A stretch of 64,000 bases of DNA from a virus. The first letter of the stretch is position 1; each line of letters begins with the position of its first letter. Positions 39,262-49,555 of the stretch are shown piece by piece. The stretch spans positions 1 through 64,000 of the IMG/VR virus record IMGVR_UViG_3300045988_088152; one strand, 5' to 3'. Under the pieces are notes generated by a model that did not search any database, was not told where the DNA came from, and saw nothing but the letters and a program-made list of their open reading frames with translations. Position numbers and translations under genes: made by a program.

Positions 39262-40839
39262 TTATTCTAATGAATCTCGGCTTGCTTCCCCAGATTCGGT
39301 CAGTGCGGTCGAATTTTCTCTTGGTCTACCACCTTCGTTATCTGAGCCGCCCTTGGTTGTATTGGTATTTTTCAAGAGCTGTGTATATTTATCGATCCAA
39401 CCTGTATATTTACTCTCAGCCATCATTGCTTCAAATACCTGCGGCTGATAACCAGATACGGATGCCCATGTCTGCATAGGTAGAACAATACCAGAATCAG
39501 CCATTTTCTTCACTTTGTCAAATCGAGCTTCACGCTCAAATGGGTAATTAGACCCGTCAAAGATAAATTTCCACTTATATTTCTTTGTTAGCTGATTAAC
39601 ATAAAATTCTAGGAAATTGCTAAACTGTGGATATAGCGGCTTCATAGTCTGGTACATATCATTAAGCCCAGCCTCAATCTCAGCATTGGACTGTCTATCA
39701 GAGCTATAAATAACACGGCTCACACCAGACCCAACACCGGCAGATGTAGCAAGTTGAGTGGAATACATATCTGTATTCTTATCCTCAAACTGATAGAACT
39801 TAATATTTTCAAGCGGCATTGCGGCAAGTTTGGACAATGATCCAAGACCAGCCTTTGCCTTCTGCATGAATCCCCCCAGTGTCTTTGGGTCAATTGCAAA
39901 CTGATTCGCTTTTGTGCCAGATTTAGCCGAATCAAATAGACGAATTTCACCAGCTAAAATAGCATAAGCTGACGCAATGTCCTTATTATACTGCAACTGA
40001 GCAATATCATCATTAGCAATGGCATTCTTCAGAAATGGCGCTAAGAAGGGCGTATTATTAAATGTACTAGGATTCCACTTAAATGCCCATGCGCCATCAC
40101 TAGGTGATGTTTGCGTCCACATAGCATATGCGCCATTTCGTCTATTTAATGGATTTGTAGGGCGATAATTTTTGAACGCTTCTTCCTCAGAGCCAAATAC
40201 ACGCTGATAATATTTCTTAAATGCTGGGTCAAATCCATTGATGTCTACACCAGCTTGTAGGAAATAGCTCATGTCAAAATCAAATAACATACCCTTTTCC
40301 CAATATCCGGTAAGTAGGCATCTATCTTGTGGCAAAATCTGTAGGGCGAATTTCATTCCTTTATTGCCCCACTTCGTCTTTCTGAACCAAGTGAAATATG
40401 TCTCATGCGTCACAATTTGTGCTACAACTTTACCAAATTCAGCCTTGTAGTCAAATTTGTTCAAAAAATCATACACACGCCGCTTATCCTCTTGGTATGT
40501 GCTTGATTCATAGTCACTCTGAGTAAAAGCATTGATGCAAACAGGCTGTAAGTCAAATGCTAGAGCATTGCAATATGCTTGTAGAGTTCTGGCAAATATC
40601 ATATCCCAGAATTTCATATATTCCATATAACCCTGAATTTGCTCTGAATTTTCCTTATATTCAGCAAGAGCCTTGCGAATTTTATCAGAACTAGGTGTTT
40701 CTGGGTTGTTGTTCAAACTCTGTAATAGTTGATTGCTCAACATTGGAGACCAAAAGCCAAACTGGTCATATGCATATAATGCTTGTGCAAATTCCGTTAC
40801 GGCTTGAGCCTGTTCAAATGTTACTAGCGGTTCTGCCAA
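39262..40839 (-). CDS. portal protein
   Basis: 525 aa with a TTG start after AAGGAGGG. The call rests on size and on position after terL. Confidence 0.5.
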   Translation of the reverse strand: MAEPLVTFEQAQAVTEFAQALYAYDQFGFWSPMLSNQLLQSLNNNPETPSSDKIRKALAEYKENSEQIQGYMEYMKFWDMIFARTLQAYCNALAFDLQPVCINAFTQSDYESSTYQEDKRRVYDFLNKFDYKAEFGKVVAQIVTHETYFTWFRKTKWGNKGMKFALQILPQDRCLLTGYWEKGMLFDFDMSYFLQAGVDINGFDPAFKKYYQRVFGSEEEAFKNYRPTNPLNRRNGAYAMWTQTSPSDGAWAFKWNPSTFNNTPFLAPFLKNAIANDDIAQLQYNKDIASAYAILAGEIRLFDSAKSGTKANQFAIDPKTLGGFMQKAKAGLGSLSKLAAMPLENIKFYQFEDKNTDMYSTQLATSAGVGSGVSRVIYSSDRQSNAEIEAGLNDMYQTMKPLYPQFSNFLEFYVNQLTKKYKWKFIFDGSNYPFEREARFDKVKKMADSGIVLPMQTWASVSGYQPQVFEAMMAESKYTGWIDKYTQLLKNTNTTKGGSDNEGGRPRENSTALTESGEASRDSLE

Positions 40840-41077
40840 ATTTCGCCCTCCTTTCTTTGTTTTATTGTTTATATATTAGAGCAGTTAGATTATGGACTTC
40901 ATTAACGTATGCCAAAGTTCATTGAGCTACTTATCCTCCCTATCCGCTCGTTTTATATTTTTGAGTGTTTTTATTTTCGGCTTTTGACTAAGCCTAAGTT
41001 GGAACTTGGATTCCACACAACCCTAATAGTACCTCCACGACAACACACCAACATAGTAGCCGCTTCATAGGCAAATA

Positions 41078-42922
41078 TCAATAGACTAATTGAATGGAGT
41101 CTATATCAAACTCATCTTCTTGCAACTGTTGTTGCCATGCGTTCTCAATCAAATCAATAATATAGTTACCATACATGATAGTCACAATTCTATCCTTTGT
41201 TCCTGTGCGCGGTTCTTCCAATTTGATTTTATCCTGCTTGATAACCGTCTTTAGATTAACTGCCTCTATAACCATCATATCAGTTTGACCATACGGCTCA
41301 AGCTGATTAGCTAATTCTTCAGCAGTGTATTGATAATATTCTCCACTATCTGTTAGCTCGTTCTGATAGTCTTGCATAGAAATAAGAAATTTCATATTGT
41401 TAGTTTCAAGCTGTTTGCGTAATGACAACCAACCACTACTGTTTAATTCAGGTGTCGCAATAACAGGTATTAAGCAAGGTACTGCGTTCTTATCAACCGT
41501 TCTACTATGATAATCGTCAACTTTAGCTTGAGATACTACTTGGTATTTATCAGCAAGCCCAAATCCACGAGAATCCCATCTTGAGCCTAAATCTGGACGT
41601 AGTAATGGTTCTGTCAAATGATTAAATATGACTTCTCCACCACTTCTTCCATCGAATGCGGCATAATCAGCGTCATAGACCCACCATAAATATCTAAATC
41701 TATCAGACGCGCCTATTGTATCAGAAGCATCATGCCCCTCTATATAGTCAACGTGTCGTTCAAATCTATTCTTTTTGCTATTCCAATGCGCCGACATTAA
41801 CGTTATAATGGTATTGTCGTTTTTTGTGCAACCAGTGGTGTTCGCAAAAGCAATATCCATGACTACTAACCGTATCTCGTCCTCTTTCTTTTCTGGAAAG
41901 TCAGGTTGTTCACCAGCAAAAAATTGTAATGCAGTGGGCGGACGGAAACAATGCTCAATGATTTGATTCTCTTTGAAAGATTTTAGATTAAAGAACGCAT
42001 CATCGCCCTCTGAAATCATCTCGTTCAAATCTTCCATTCTAAAGTCCATTTCGCCGCCAGCCTTACCATTCCAATAATCAGCCCACGTCTTAAAACCATT
42101 ATCAATAGCCATAAATATATCACCGGCAAAAATATTACATCTTACTTTGGTGTCGGTAAATATACGAGTAAATGTCTTTTTGAATAATAGCCAAAACCAC
42201 TCAAACTTATATCTAGCAGATGTGATATATATATGTTGACATTCCTCTTTCCAACGTGGATTATTACCATATACAGGATTACTAAGATATTTGGCTTGCC
42301 TTGGATGCGCCATCTTCTCAAAGACGGAATCAACCATGCCTTTTTTCAACAAGCGGGCTTCTTCATATGTAAGAATTGTTGCTCTTGGGCCACGAGAGCT
42401 ATCTTGACACGGTAATACACGCAAAGTAGAACCGTTAAGCTTGTTCTCTATTCTATAACCATCTTCTGGTTTAGTAATAACCAAATATTCATGCTCATAC
42501 ATATATAAGAGATATGGCGATAATTTTTTAATCAATTCATCCCTTATTTTATCTTCAACCATCTTGTTTGCCTGTGCAACAGTTGATGATGTAATTACCG
42601 CCTCTGTGTAAGGATAAAGATTCATCTTTACAATATTGCCTAGACCCACAATGAAGGTTTTGGATAAGCCACGACAACATATTGCAAAAAATACATCGGA
42701 TATGCCCATCAGATATATCATTATCATCTGAAATGGGCGCAACTTAATACCAAGAACTAAATCAACATATATATGCCAATTCCGGCGTAACTAGAATAAA
42801 GTCAGCCACTCTATAGCATTTTCCTCTTTCTTTGCATCTTTCATTGCGTTTTCTTTTGCTTTTGCCGTAATTAGGTGGTTTCCAAGGAACTTGCGTCTCA
42901 AGCCCCCCATCTGACTTTTCAT
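41078..42922 (-). CDS. terL: terminase large subunit containing an in-frame TAG at codon 44 (42791-42793)
   Basis: P-loop-like CCRGLSKT preceded by GIKLRPFQ. ATG 42922 has a ribosome-binding site (GGGTGGTGA) 17 nt after the upstream stop. The downstream TTG 42742 has no ribosome-binding site. The reading frame is continuous except for the TAG. Confidence 0.65.
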
Positions 42923-42938
42923 TCTATATCACCACCCA

Positions 42939-43766
42939 TCATCTCTTTTGGTCTGAGGGCAAATCTGGATATTCGCGCCCGCCCCCAACCAAATTGCGAC
43001 AACATCTCAAAATATCTTTCCATGTCGGCTCAAATCCGCTGAAATCCTTATATTTATTCAAATCCTCACATTCGCATGGTTTTGTATTCTCAATATTCCA
43101 TGCCATGCGCTCTATGAATTTTTCAGTATCGCTCTGCTTATTTTCCTTAAATTGGTCTAGTTTTAGTACCTTCATCCATTTAAGAATTTCATCACCAGCA
43201 TCTTTGTCTGTAGGGTCTTTGAATTTACGCAAATGAGCGCGACATAGATTTAGATAAGCCATCTCTTTAGCCGTGTCCATATCAAGGATTTCTGCTGTAT
43301 ATCGTTCAAAAATATCATCGAGCCACTGATATTCCTGTTCTTCATAATCAGTGCCCCACTGACGATTCCATCTCGCTTTAAGCGCTACCTCATCCGTTTC
43401 GCCTTTAGCAACATCACCCAAATCCTTGAAATTAGACAACTCCATATCACTATCCCATACGCCTGTTAATTTATCAGGCGATGTAGATAGATATGTATGA
43501 TACAACATAAATAGACTAGGCTTTTTGCCTTTAGCTGCCTTTTCTAGGGTGTCAAGACAAGCAGTATATTCAGCGCGTCTCATAGGAATGCCAGTCTGCA
43601 TACAGGTTGACCATAATGCCGCGCCTTGGTCTTTAGTGGATTCAAGAGCTTGCTTATATAGCTCAGTCACACATGACTTGCATGGCTTAATATATTCGCC
43701 CGTTTTGATTGGGCTTTTATAGAATTGGCTATCTTGCTTTTCTTTGCCACAATATGGGCAAAACAT
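42939..43766 (-). CDS. putative terminase small subunit with an N-terminal zinc ribbon
   Basis: It has CPYC..C..C and lies immediately upstream of terL. Confidence 0.35.
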   Translation of the reverse strand: MFCPYCGKEKQDSQFYKSPIKTGEYIKPCKSCVTELYKQALESTKDQGAALWSTCMQTGIPMRRAEYTACLDTLEKAAKGKKPSLFMLYHTYLSTSPDKLTGVWDSDMELSNFKDLGDVAKGETDEVALKARWNRQWGTDYEEQEYQWLDDIFERYTAEILDMDTAKEMAYLNLCRAHLRKFKDPTDKDAGDEILKWMKVLKLDQFKENKQSDTEKFIERMAWNIENTKPCECEDLNKYKDFSGFEPTWKDILRCCRNLVGGGREYPDLPSDQKR

Positions 43767-44574
43767 ATTCTCATTCCTTTCCGTTCCGTTTATTTTCCTA
43801 TAAATATGACGAAGCAGCCAAGATTGCTCTTAGCTGCTTCGTATTTGTCAAAGTACAATATTCAGTTAAACAACAGTTCCCATTGAGTTGGGCTTATTGT
43901 AGATATGAGCCGATTGGCTCTGACCACCATCCTTTCTTTAATTATGCTTCGGATAAACCAGTGGATAATTCAAGAGAATAGTGACCTCCTTTCGGATATT
44001 CATAGCCGCCAATGAGTAGTAGCGACAGGCAGTTACAGTATATACCTAGATACAAATATTTCGTTAAAGCTCCATTTATCAAGCGCCATCGGGCATCTAG
44101 CGCCACTCACTGTTATGTTTTATTATTTTACAAGTGCGGCATATTCTTACCGTGTCGTCCGGTGTTATGGTGCAATGGGTCTTAGATGCCATCACATCTC
44201 GCCTTTGCATCGTTCTAATGGCGATGCGGTTTTCATTGTTGTCATATGGTATACCGCAAACCTTCGATTAACGTCCACATATTGCCGAAAGACAACCCGG
44301 TTCTATGCTTCATACGCTCGTATAACACACCTGTTGCTATACGCCTATCGTCAAGGATAGGATTTTGCAAGAGCCGCTATACACGGCTCTGAAATCTCCT
44401 TGTACACATGGCACATGAGATAAATTGTCATATCTCGCCACAGCATATGACACGCTCGTATTAGGCTCTGCATTGGTGCAGATTCACGGCGAAGATATTC
44501 AACTCTACTAGGTGGGTCAATCGCCCCACAAGCATGATTAACGCAGCCGTAGCTATCACCTAACAGAGAATGAA
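43767..44574 (-). other. 808-nt non-coding, hairpin-dense region (candidate structured RNA, late promoter or pac region)
   Basis: No ORF here has a ribosome-binding site. At least 8 perfect stems of 5-10 bp are present (43809-43842, 44207-44227, 44344-44361, 44371-44389, 44426-44452, 44468-44481 and others). Confidence 0.4.
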
Positions 44575-45774
44575 TCAATTCAAAATATATTTCTTAGTCC
44601 ACGTCTTTTGTCCATCTTCAAACAACATAAGCAATGCACCAGCTCTTGACAACTTGCGACATCTCTTGCTATAATCATCAATGCCAACAATGGACGGACA
44701 TTTAATTACTTCTTTCTCAGTATTCAAGCCAATACCAACTGACTGTTGCTCAAGATGATGAAAATGCCCAAGTAGTAGGATATCAATATCAATCTGATGA
44801 TAGTCCTCAAAGAACGCGATTTCTCTAGTCACATCCTTTGTGTCATCGCCATGATATGCTAGGATATTCACGCCTTGAATCGTCTTGAACCCACATTCTG
44901 CATAAGGCGCAACCTCAATGTTGGGATTGTCTTTGAGCCGCAACCGTACAATCTGCGTGATAATCTTGGCAATATTATCTTCTGGCAGGTCGCCCTTCTT
45001 CATGTTCAATGAACGAATTTGACTATGATTACCACCAACGGCAATATATTCAATCGGCACTTGTAGTCGCTCACTTAGCTCAACTAGCCACTGACTGATA
45101 TATTCGGCATATTCCATGGAACAATCTACAATTCCAGCCTTGAGCTTCATAAGGTCAGACATATGTAGTATTCCCTGAATGGAATCCCCCATATCGAACA
45201 CAACTAGGCGGCTAAATGACGATACTGAATATGCGTCATCTTCAATGCTGTTCATTAACTTTTCCATTCGCGTCTTGAATACATCAGGATTGTACACATT
45301 GACCTTCTCGCCAAACAATGAATCCATATCAATCATTGTTCCATAATGCTCATCGCCAATGCACAACACACCAACTTGTTCTTTGATTGGGTCTGGCTCA
45401 AATTTGCGGCTAAACTTGATTGGCTCAAGCCGATTGATAGCAGAAACAATTTCTTCATTGAGCATATCATGTCGCGCCACTTCGCGCTTATTCGCTACAT
45501 ACTCAAGATTTTCTGTGCGAAGTTTAAGACGTGATTTCTCTAGTTCCTGTTTAGCCTCTCTGAGCTGTGATAGAATATCAACGTCTTTTTCATCTGATTC
45601 ACAATCGTCTGCACCATTTAGCATATTGCGAACAAATACAGCACAACGCCGTAGATATTCCTCGCTCCAGACGCCCCTATAATCTTCACCAAGACAACGT
45701 GCCGTCCATTCCTGCAAGTCAATTAGCTTACTATCTAGCAGCTCAGTCGCTTGTTGTATCTTTTGTAGATTCAT
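44575..45774 (-). CDS. calcineurin-like metallophosphoesterase
   Basis: The ordered motifs are CIGDEHYG, DMGDSIQG, GGNHS, AYHGDD and LLGHFHH. Confidence 0.7.
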   Translation of the reverse strand: MNLQKIQQATELLDSKLIDLQEWTARCLGEDYRGVWSEEYLRRCAVFVRNMLNGADDCESDEKDVDILSQLREAKQELEKSRLKLRTENLEYVANKREVARHDMLNEEIVSAINRLEPIKFSRKFEPDPIKEQVGVLCIGDEHYGTMIDMDSLFGEKVNVYNPDVFKTRMEKLMNSIEDDAYSVSSFSRLVVFDMGDSIQGILHMSDLMKLKAGIVDCSMEYAEYISQWLVELSERLQVPIEYIAVGGNHSQIRSLNMKKGDLPEDNIAKIITQIVRLRLKDNPNIEVAPYAECGFKTIQGVNILAYHGDDTKDVTREIAFFEDYHQIDIDILLLGHFHHLEQQSVGIGLNTEKEVIKCPSIVGIDDYSKRCRKLSRAGALLMLFEDGQKTWTKKYILN

Positions 45775-46306
45775 TCAATTTCTGTTCCTTTTCCTTCTTT
45801 TTCCGTTCATAATCTTCTTTTTTCTTGTTGATGACGTTAATAAAGTCATCATAGCTCTGTTGTTTTGCTTTCTCAATGCGGTCATCTTGCATCTGCTCCA
45901 ATGTACGTTTTGCCGTTCGTTCTGCCTCTGCTTGAGTAATTAACTTTAAGTCATTAGGTGTTAATTTACGATTTCTTACCCTTTGACGATACAATTTAGT
46001 TACACCTTTACCATTTACATTGTTTATAAATGCATCATTTGCGTCATAGGTTATGTTAAACCAAGCTGGGTTAATTTGCTCAACAAGTTCACCCTGTTCA
46101 TTCTTAGCCATCACTCTGCGCTCAGGATACTTTTTTAATCTAAACGTTCCAACACCTGGCATTTGGCATCTTCCATCAAAATGCAACATATGAACAATGG
46201 TGTCAACGCATGCTTGCCAATACTTTTTTACTGTCTCTGGCTTAGATTCAAGTAAACTAGCCGCATATTCATAAAATTGCTGATTCAGCTTATTATGTTC
46301 AGCCAT
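45743..46306 (-). CDS. HU/IHF-like DNA-binding protein with a basic C-terminal extension
   Basis: It shows the HU arm pattern ..MPGVGTFRLKKYPERRVMAKNEQGELVEQINPAWFNITYDAN... Confidence 0.5.
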   Translation of the reverse strand: MAEHNKLNQQFYEYAASLLESKPETVKKYWQACVDTIVHMLHFDGRCQMPGVGTFRLKKYPERRVMAKNEQGELVEQINPAWFNITYDANDAFINNVNGKGVTKLYRQRVRNRKLTPNDLKLITQAEAERTAKRTLEQMQDDRIEKAKQQSYDDFINVINKKKEDYERKKKEKEQKLNESTKDTTSD

Positions 46307-46718
46307 CTTCTTCTTCCTTCATAAACTTGGGGTTATCAGGATAATTCTCTAATACCCAAGCATCCCATTCTTCTTTGGAGCATTTTTCACCAAATGCCGT
46401 ATTCATCTTAACATAACTAGCCATGTGATATTCTGGCTTAAAGAACAATTTTAGAAATCCTTGTCTATTTGGATAATACATACGACGCTTTTGGAAACCG
46501 TTCCAATATTCACCAGCAGGACGAGGCGCAAACGGCTTAAATGTCAATACACCAATATCAGGTAGTGAATACTCTACGCCATGCTGTAGTGTCTCACGAA
46601 TGACGTCATGATAATTCGTTAATACAATTTCAATAATCTTGGGGTCAACGCCTGTACGCCGTATCAACTCTTTTTTCATATCGGCTTTACCAAGCCGAGG
46701 ATATTTATTTTTATGCAA
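46299..46718 (-). CDS. HU/IHF-like DNA-binding protein
   Basis: ..KKELIRRTGVDPKIIEIVL..LPDIGVLTFKPFAPRPAGEY..FKP.. matches the HU fold pattern. A TTG start is proposed. Confidence 0.5.
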   Translation of the reverse strand: MHKNKYPRLGKADMKKELIRRTGVDPKIIEIVLTNYHDVIRETLQHGVEYSLPDIGVLTFKPFAPRPAGEYWNGFQKRRMYYPNRQGFLKLFFKPEYHMASYVKMNTAFGEKCSKEEWDAWVLENYPDNPKFMKEEEDG

Positions 46719-46787
46719 TTATATCGTTCCTTTCCCTATTAGTCTACCACAATATATTGTGGTAAGTTCATTTTGTCCATATATTTC

Positions 46788-49361
46788 CTACTGTTTTAAC
46801 ATGTCTCCCGTGCGGACAGGTGGAGCTTCACGCGATTCAGTACGCCGCTGATTATCCGCCTTCTTATAGCATTCCTCTGAGCAATAATGCTGACATACAT
46901 CGCGCGGCTTGAATCGCTTGCCGCAAATGGGACAAATTGGATTGAGTTGCGCCGTATTGATTCTCAAATTTTCTACAATCGTCCAACCAAAACAAGCCCA
47001 CAGCATTTTCTTATTACTTGATTTTTTGACCGTATATAAATAAGCAACTAAGCTATTAACCACAACATCTAGCGGCTCATTGCTATACTCCACTATATCT
47101 TGTGTTATGCGGCGATATTTATACAAATCGTCTTCATTGATATGTGGGTCATCGCCATAATCGAATCGGCGCTGATTCCATATCCACCAATTATACCTCT
47201 CTATGATTGGTGAATTTTCTCTAGTGGTATAATCAACTGATTTATTTATCAGCATCGTCCAGTCAAATTTTCCAATCTTGTTATTATAGCGGATTCTGGA
47301 AGCAGGGATTTTTGTCGATATACGATTCATTGTGGAATTGTTAGGAGGTTCTACTTGGGTATCTGGGTCTTTGTCTTTGGCATATTGAAAGAAATTTGGA
47401 ACACGAGCTTTTGTATATTGCTTGATAGTGTTATTGATTTGTTTCGGTCGTTCTGGCAGCCATTGCGTCTTAGCGCAATCTATAACAGCGTTGTTCTCGA
47501 AACAAAGCCATTTTACTACATCTAGCTCTTCTTGTGTGATTTCGCCACTGTTCCATATTTTTGTAATATTGTTACTAACCGGTCCTATATTGCCTTTAGT
47601 ATAAGCATTGACCATTCCATTATACATGCTGTCTGGATTTAATAAGCCGCCCTTAGCTTTTTTGAGGTCATATGCTAGAGGAACTATATCTTGCATATTG
47701 TGTTTGGCGCAACTTGTCAACGTTCTATCTTTTACTACTAGAGCCTTATCCCCATCTACGTCAAACATAAGGTAACGTGAAATAAGGTCGTGGCAACTAG
47801 TATATATACACTTAGTTCCACCAAACCAATAATCAAGCTCTAAGTTGCGCCGATTCGTCCTAATTGCCCATTCTCGATATAGGTGCGGCGAACGTAAGCA
47901 AGCCAATGTTTCTTCGTCTCGATATTGATTTGTATATACATCGCCATCTGCAAGCAGTCCTTGTGGGTTTTGTTGTCCTAAAAATAACCATTCGCAAAAC
48001 GCATATAGATCGGGCGCTAAGAATAGATATTTTCCATTTACTCTAAGCCGCCCACCTTTGGCTTGTTTAACTAGGCTTTTTTTAGTCTGTTTCAAAATTT
48101 CTCGGTTATATGAATCTTTGAACAGCTCAGGATATATCAGCAACGCCTCTTGCATAGCTGATTTATACCGGTTATTCTCTGTTGCGCCAAGTAGCCTCAT
48201 AGTAACTTGATAATCATTACCAACATCATCAATCTCTTGCGCCGTCTTAGAGATGATGCGGTCAATCTCATTATCTGTCATATCGCTCAATGTCTGCAAC
48301 ATCTGATAGTTGATGCGGCTCTTTGGAATATAAGGCTCCTCTATATTGCAATAACAAGCATTGCATCCAAAATTTTTGAATCGCGCCTTATAGCAATCCC
48401 ACGAATCATAAAATTTCCATAGCTTGAATTGGCTCTTTGTGAATATATACCGTATATCTTCCTCTATAATTTTATGCTCATTTCCATAAATATCTGTTAC
48501 AGTTGTCTCCCCACCACATTTCTCTTTGATAAACTTGTCAAATGGAAATGTAACAAGCAATCCCTTTACCCATGGCATACGTACCATTCTTGTTGTTTCA
48601 TCAAGCATAATACCGCATCCGTCCATATGAGGAATAACCGTATTTGTCATCTCGCGTTTAATTTCATACGTAACACCATCAATATGGTCAACCAATCCCG
48701 GAACAGCCGTTTCCCAATCATCTACCACAATTGATTTGTCAATGTCAAAATCTTGCCAAACATCTGTAGCAGAGTTCATAAGCGCCAAATAAGCAAGGAA
48801 CTTGTTTTGATTCATGCCTCCCCGCTCATTGATTTCATCTATGGTCAAGCCGCACATCAATTTTTGCTCAATGCGCTTAAACGACGATTCTTTGACAAAT
48901 ACAGCTCTTTTCGTTCTTATCTGTCCTGCTGATGCAGTAAGGAACACATATTTTTCACCATTGTAAATAAATCCTTGACGAACTAGATTATTAAATACTT
49001 GAAAGAAAAATACGTTGATAATGAACAGCTCATCTGTCAATTTGAATGGCTCAAGACCTAAGCTGCGTGTTAAATCGGATTCAAATAGATTAACAACCGT
49101 CTTATCTGTCACAGCATCTTGTCGCAATTCTCTAGTTACGTTTCGATTTACTGCATCATCAAGCAATTCAGATAACCGTGCCTTTTCTTTTTTGAGTAAA
49201 CGATTTACCGACTTGATGCGCCAATCTGGCTTTCCGTCATCCTTCCATCGCTTACGCAACGAATATAACCGAACGAGCCGAGTATGTAATATCATTTCGT
49301 TATCGTCATAAAATGCGCTAGTATCTATTGAATGCAAATAAATTTGCGTCTGTAGGCTCAA
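46788..49361 (-). CDS. YonO-like single-subunit RNA polymerase (two-barrel, beta'-like catalytic motif)
   Basis: LRSPHLYREW..(36 aa)..MFDVDGDKALVV parallels beta' NRAPTLHRLG..NADFDGDQMAVH. A C-terminal zinc ribbon CPICG..C..C is present. TTG start after AGAGGTGA. It is followed by HU-like genes, as with yonO-yonN in SPbeta. Confidence 0.6.
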   Translation of the reverse strand: MSLQTQIYLHSIDTSAFYDDNEMILHTRLVRLYSLRKRWKDDGKPDWRIKSVNRLLKKEKARLSELLDDAVNRNVTRELRQDAVTDKTVVNLFESDLTRSLGLEPFKLTDELFIINVFFFQVFNNLVRQGFIYNGEKYVFLTASAGQIRTKRAVFVKESSFKRIEQKLMCGLTIDEINERGGMNQNKFLAYLALMNSATDVWQDFDIDKSIVVDDWETAVPGLVDHIDGVTYEIKREMTNTVIPHMDGCGIMLDETTRMVRMPWVKGLLVTFPFDKFIKEKCGGETTVTDIYGNEHKIIEEDIRYIFTKSQFKLWKFYDSWDCYKARFKNFGCNACYCNIEEPYIPKSRINYQMLQTLSDMTDNEIDRIISKTAQEIDDVGNDYQVTMRLLGATENNRYKSAMQEALLIYPELFKDSYNREILKQTKKSLVKQAKGGRLRVNGKYLFLAPDLYAFCEWLFLGQQNPQGLLADGDVYTNQYRDEETLACLRSPHLYREWAIRTNRRNLELDYWFGGTKCIYTSCHDLISRYLMFDVDGDKALVVKDRTLTSCAKHNMQDIVPLAYDLKKAKGGLLNPDSMYNGMVNAYTKGNIGPVSNNITKIWNSGEITQEELDVVKWLCFENNAVIDCAKTQWLPERPKQINNTIKQYTKARVPNFFQYAKDKDPDTQVEPPNNSTMNRISTKIPASRIRYNNKIGKFDWTMLINKSVDYTTRENSPIIERYNWWIWNQRRFDYGDDPHINEDDLYKYRRITQDIVEYSNEPLDVVVNSLVAYLYTVKKSSNKKMLWACFGWTIVENLRINTAQLNPICPICGKRFKPRDVCQHYCSEECYKKADNQRRTESREAPPVRTGDMLKQ

Positions 49362-49555
49362 AAAATCACCTCTAATTCATTCTCTGAACTACCATATATC
49401 CAAAACGCCCAATCACGCTCAGTTGGCTCATATTCATCATCCCATACTTCTGGTTCTGTATTTTCCGATACATACCAGTTATAGCTCATTTCGCTCCACA
49501 ATTTATTACTACCTCCTTGAGCTTAATGCTATTATATCATATATTTGATTATTTG

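Noticed and set aside
40840-41077. The 238-nt gap between terL and the portal gene as a functional RNA or small gene.
   Set aside because: It holds only weak, imperfect hairpins (GGCTT-N6-AAGCC, GGAA-N6-TTCC) and a 6-codon ORF. That is not enough to claim a feature.
43709-44578. ORFs 43709-43981 (+), 44115-44360 (+) and 44351-44578 (-) as protein-coding genes.
   Set aside because: They have no Shine-Dalgarno sequence, they run through the hairpin stems, and their composition is odd. The region is better treated as non-coding.
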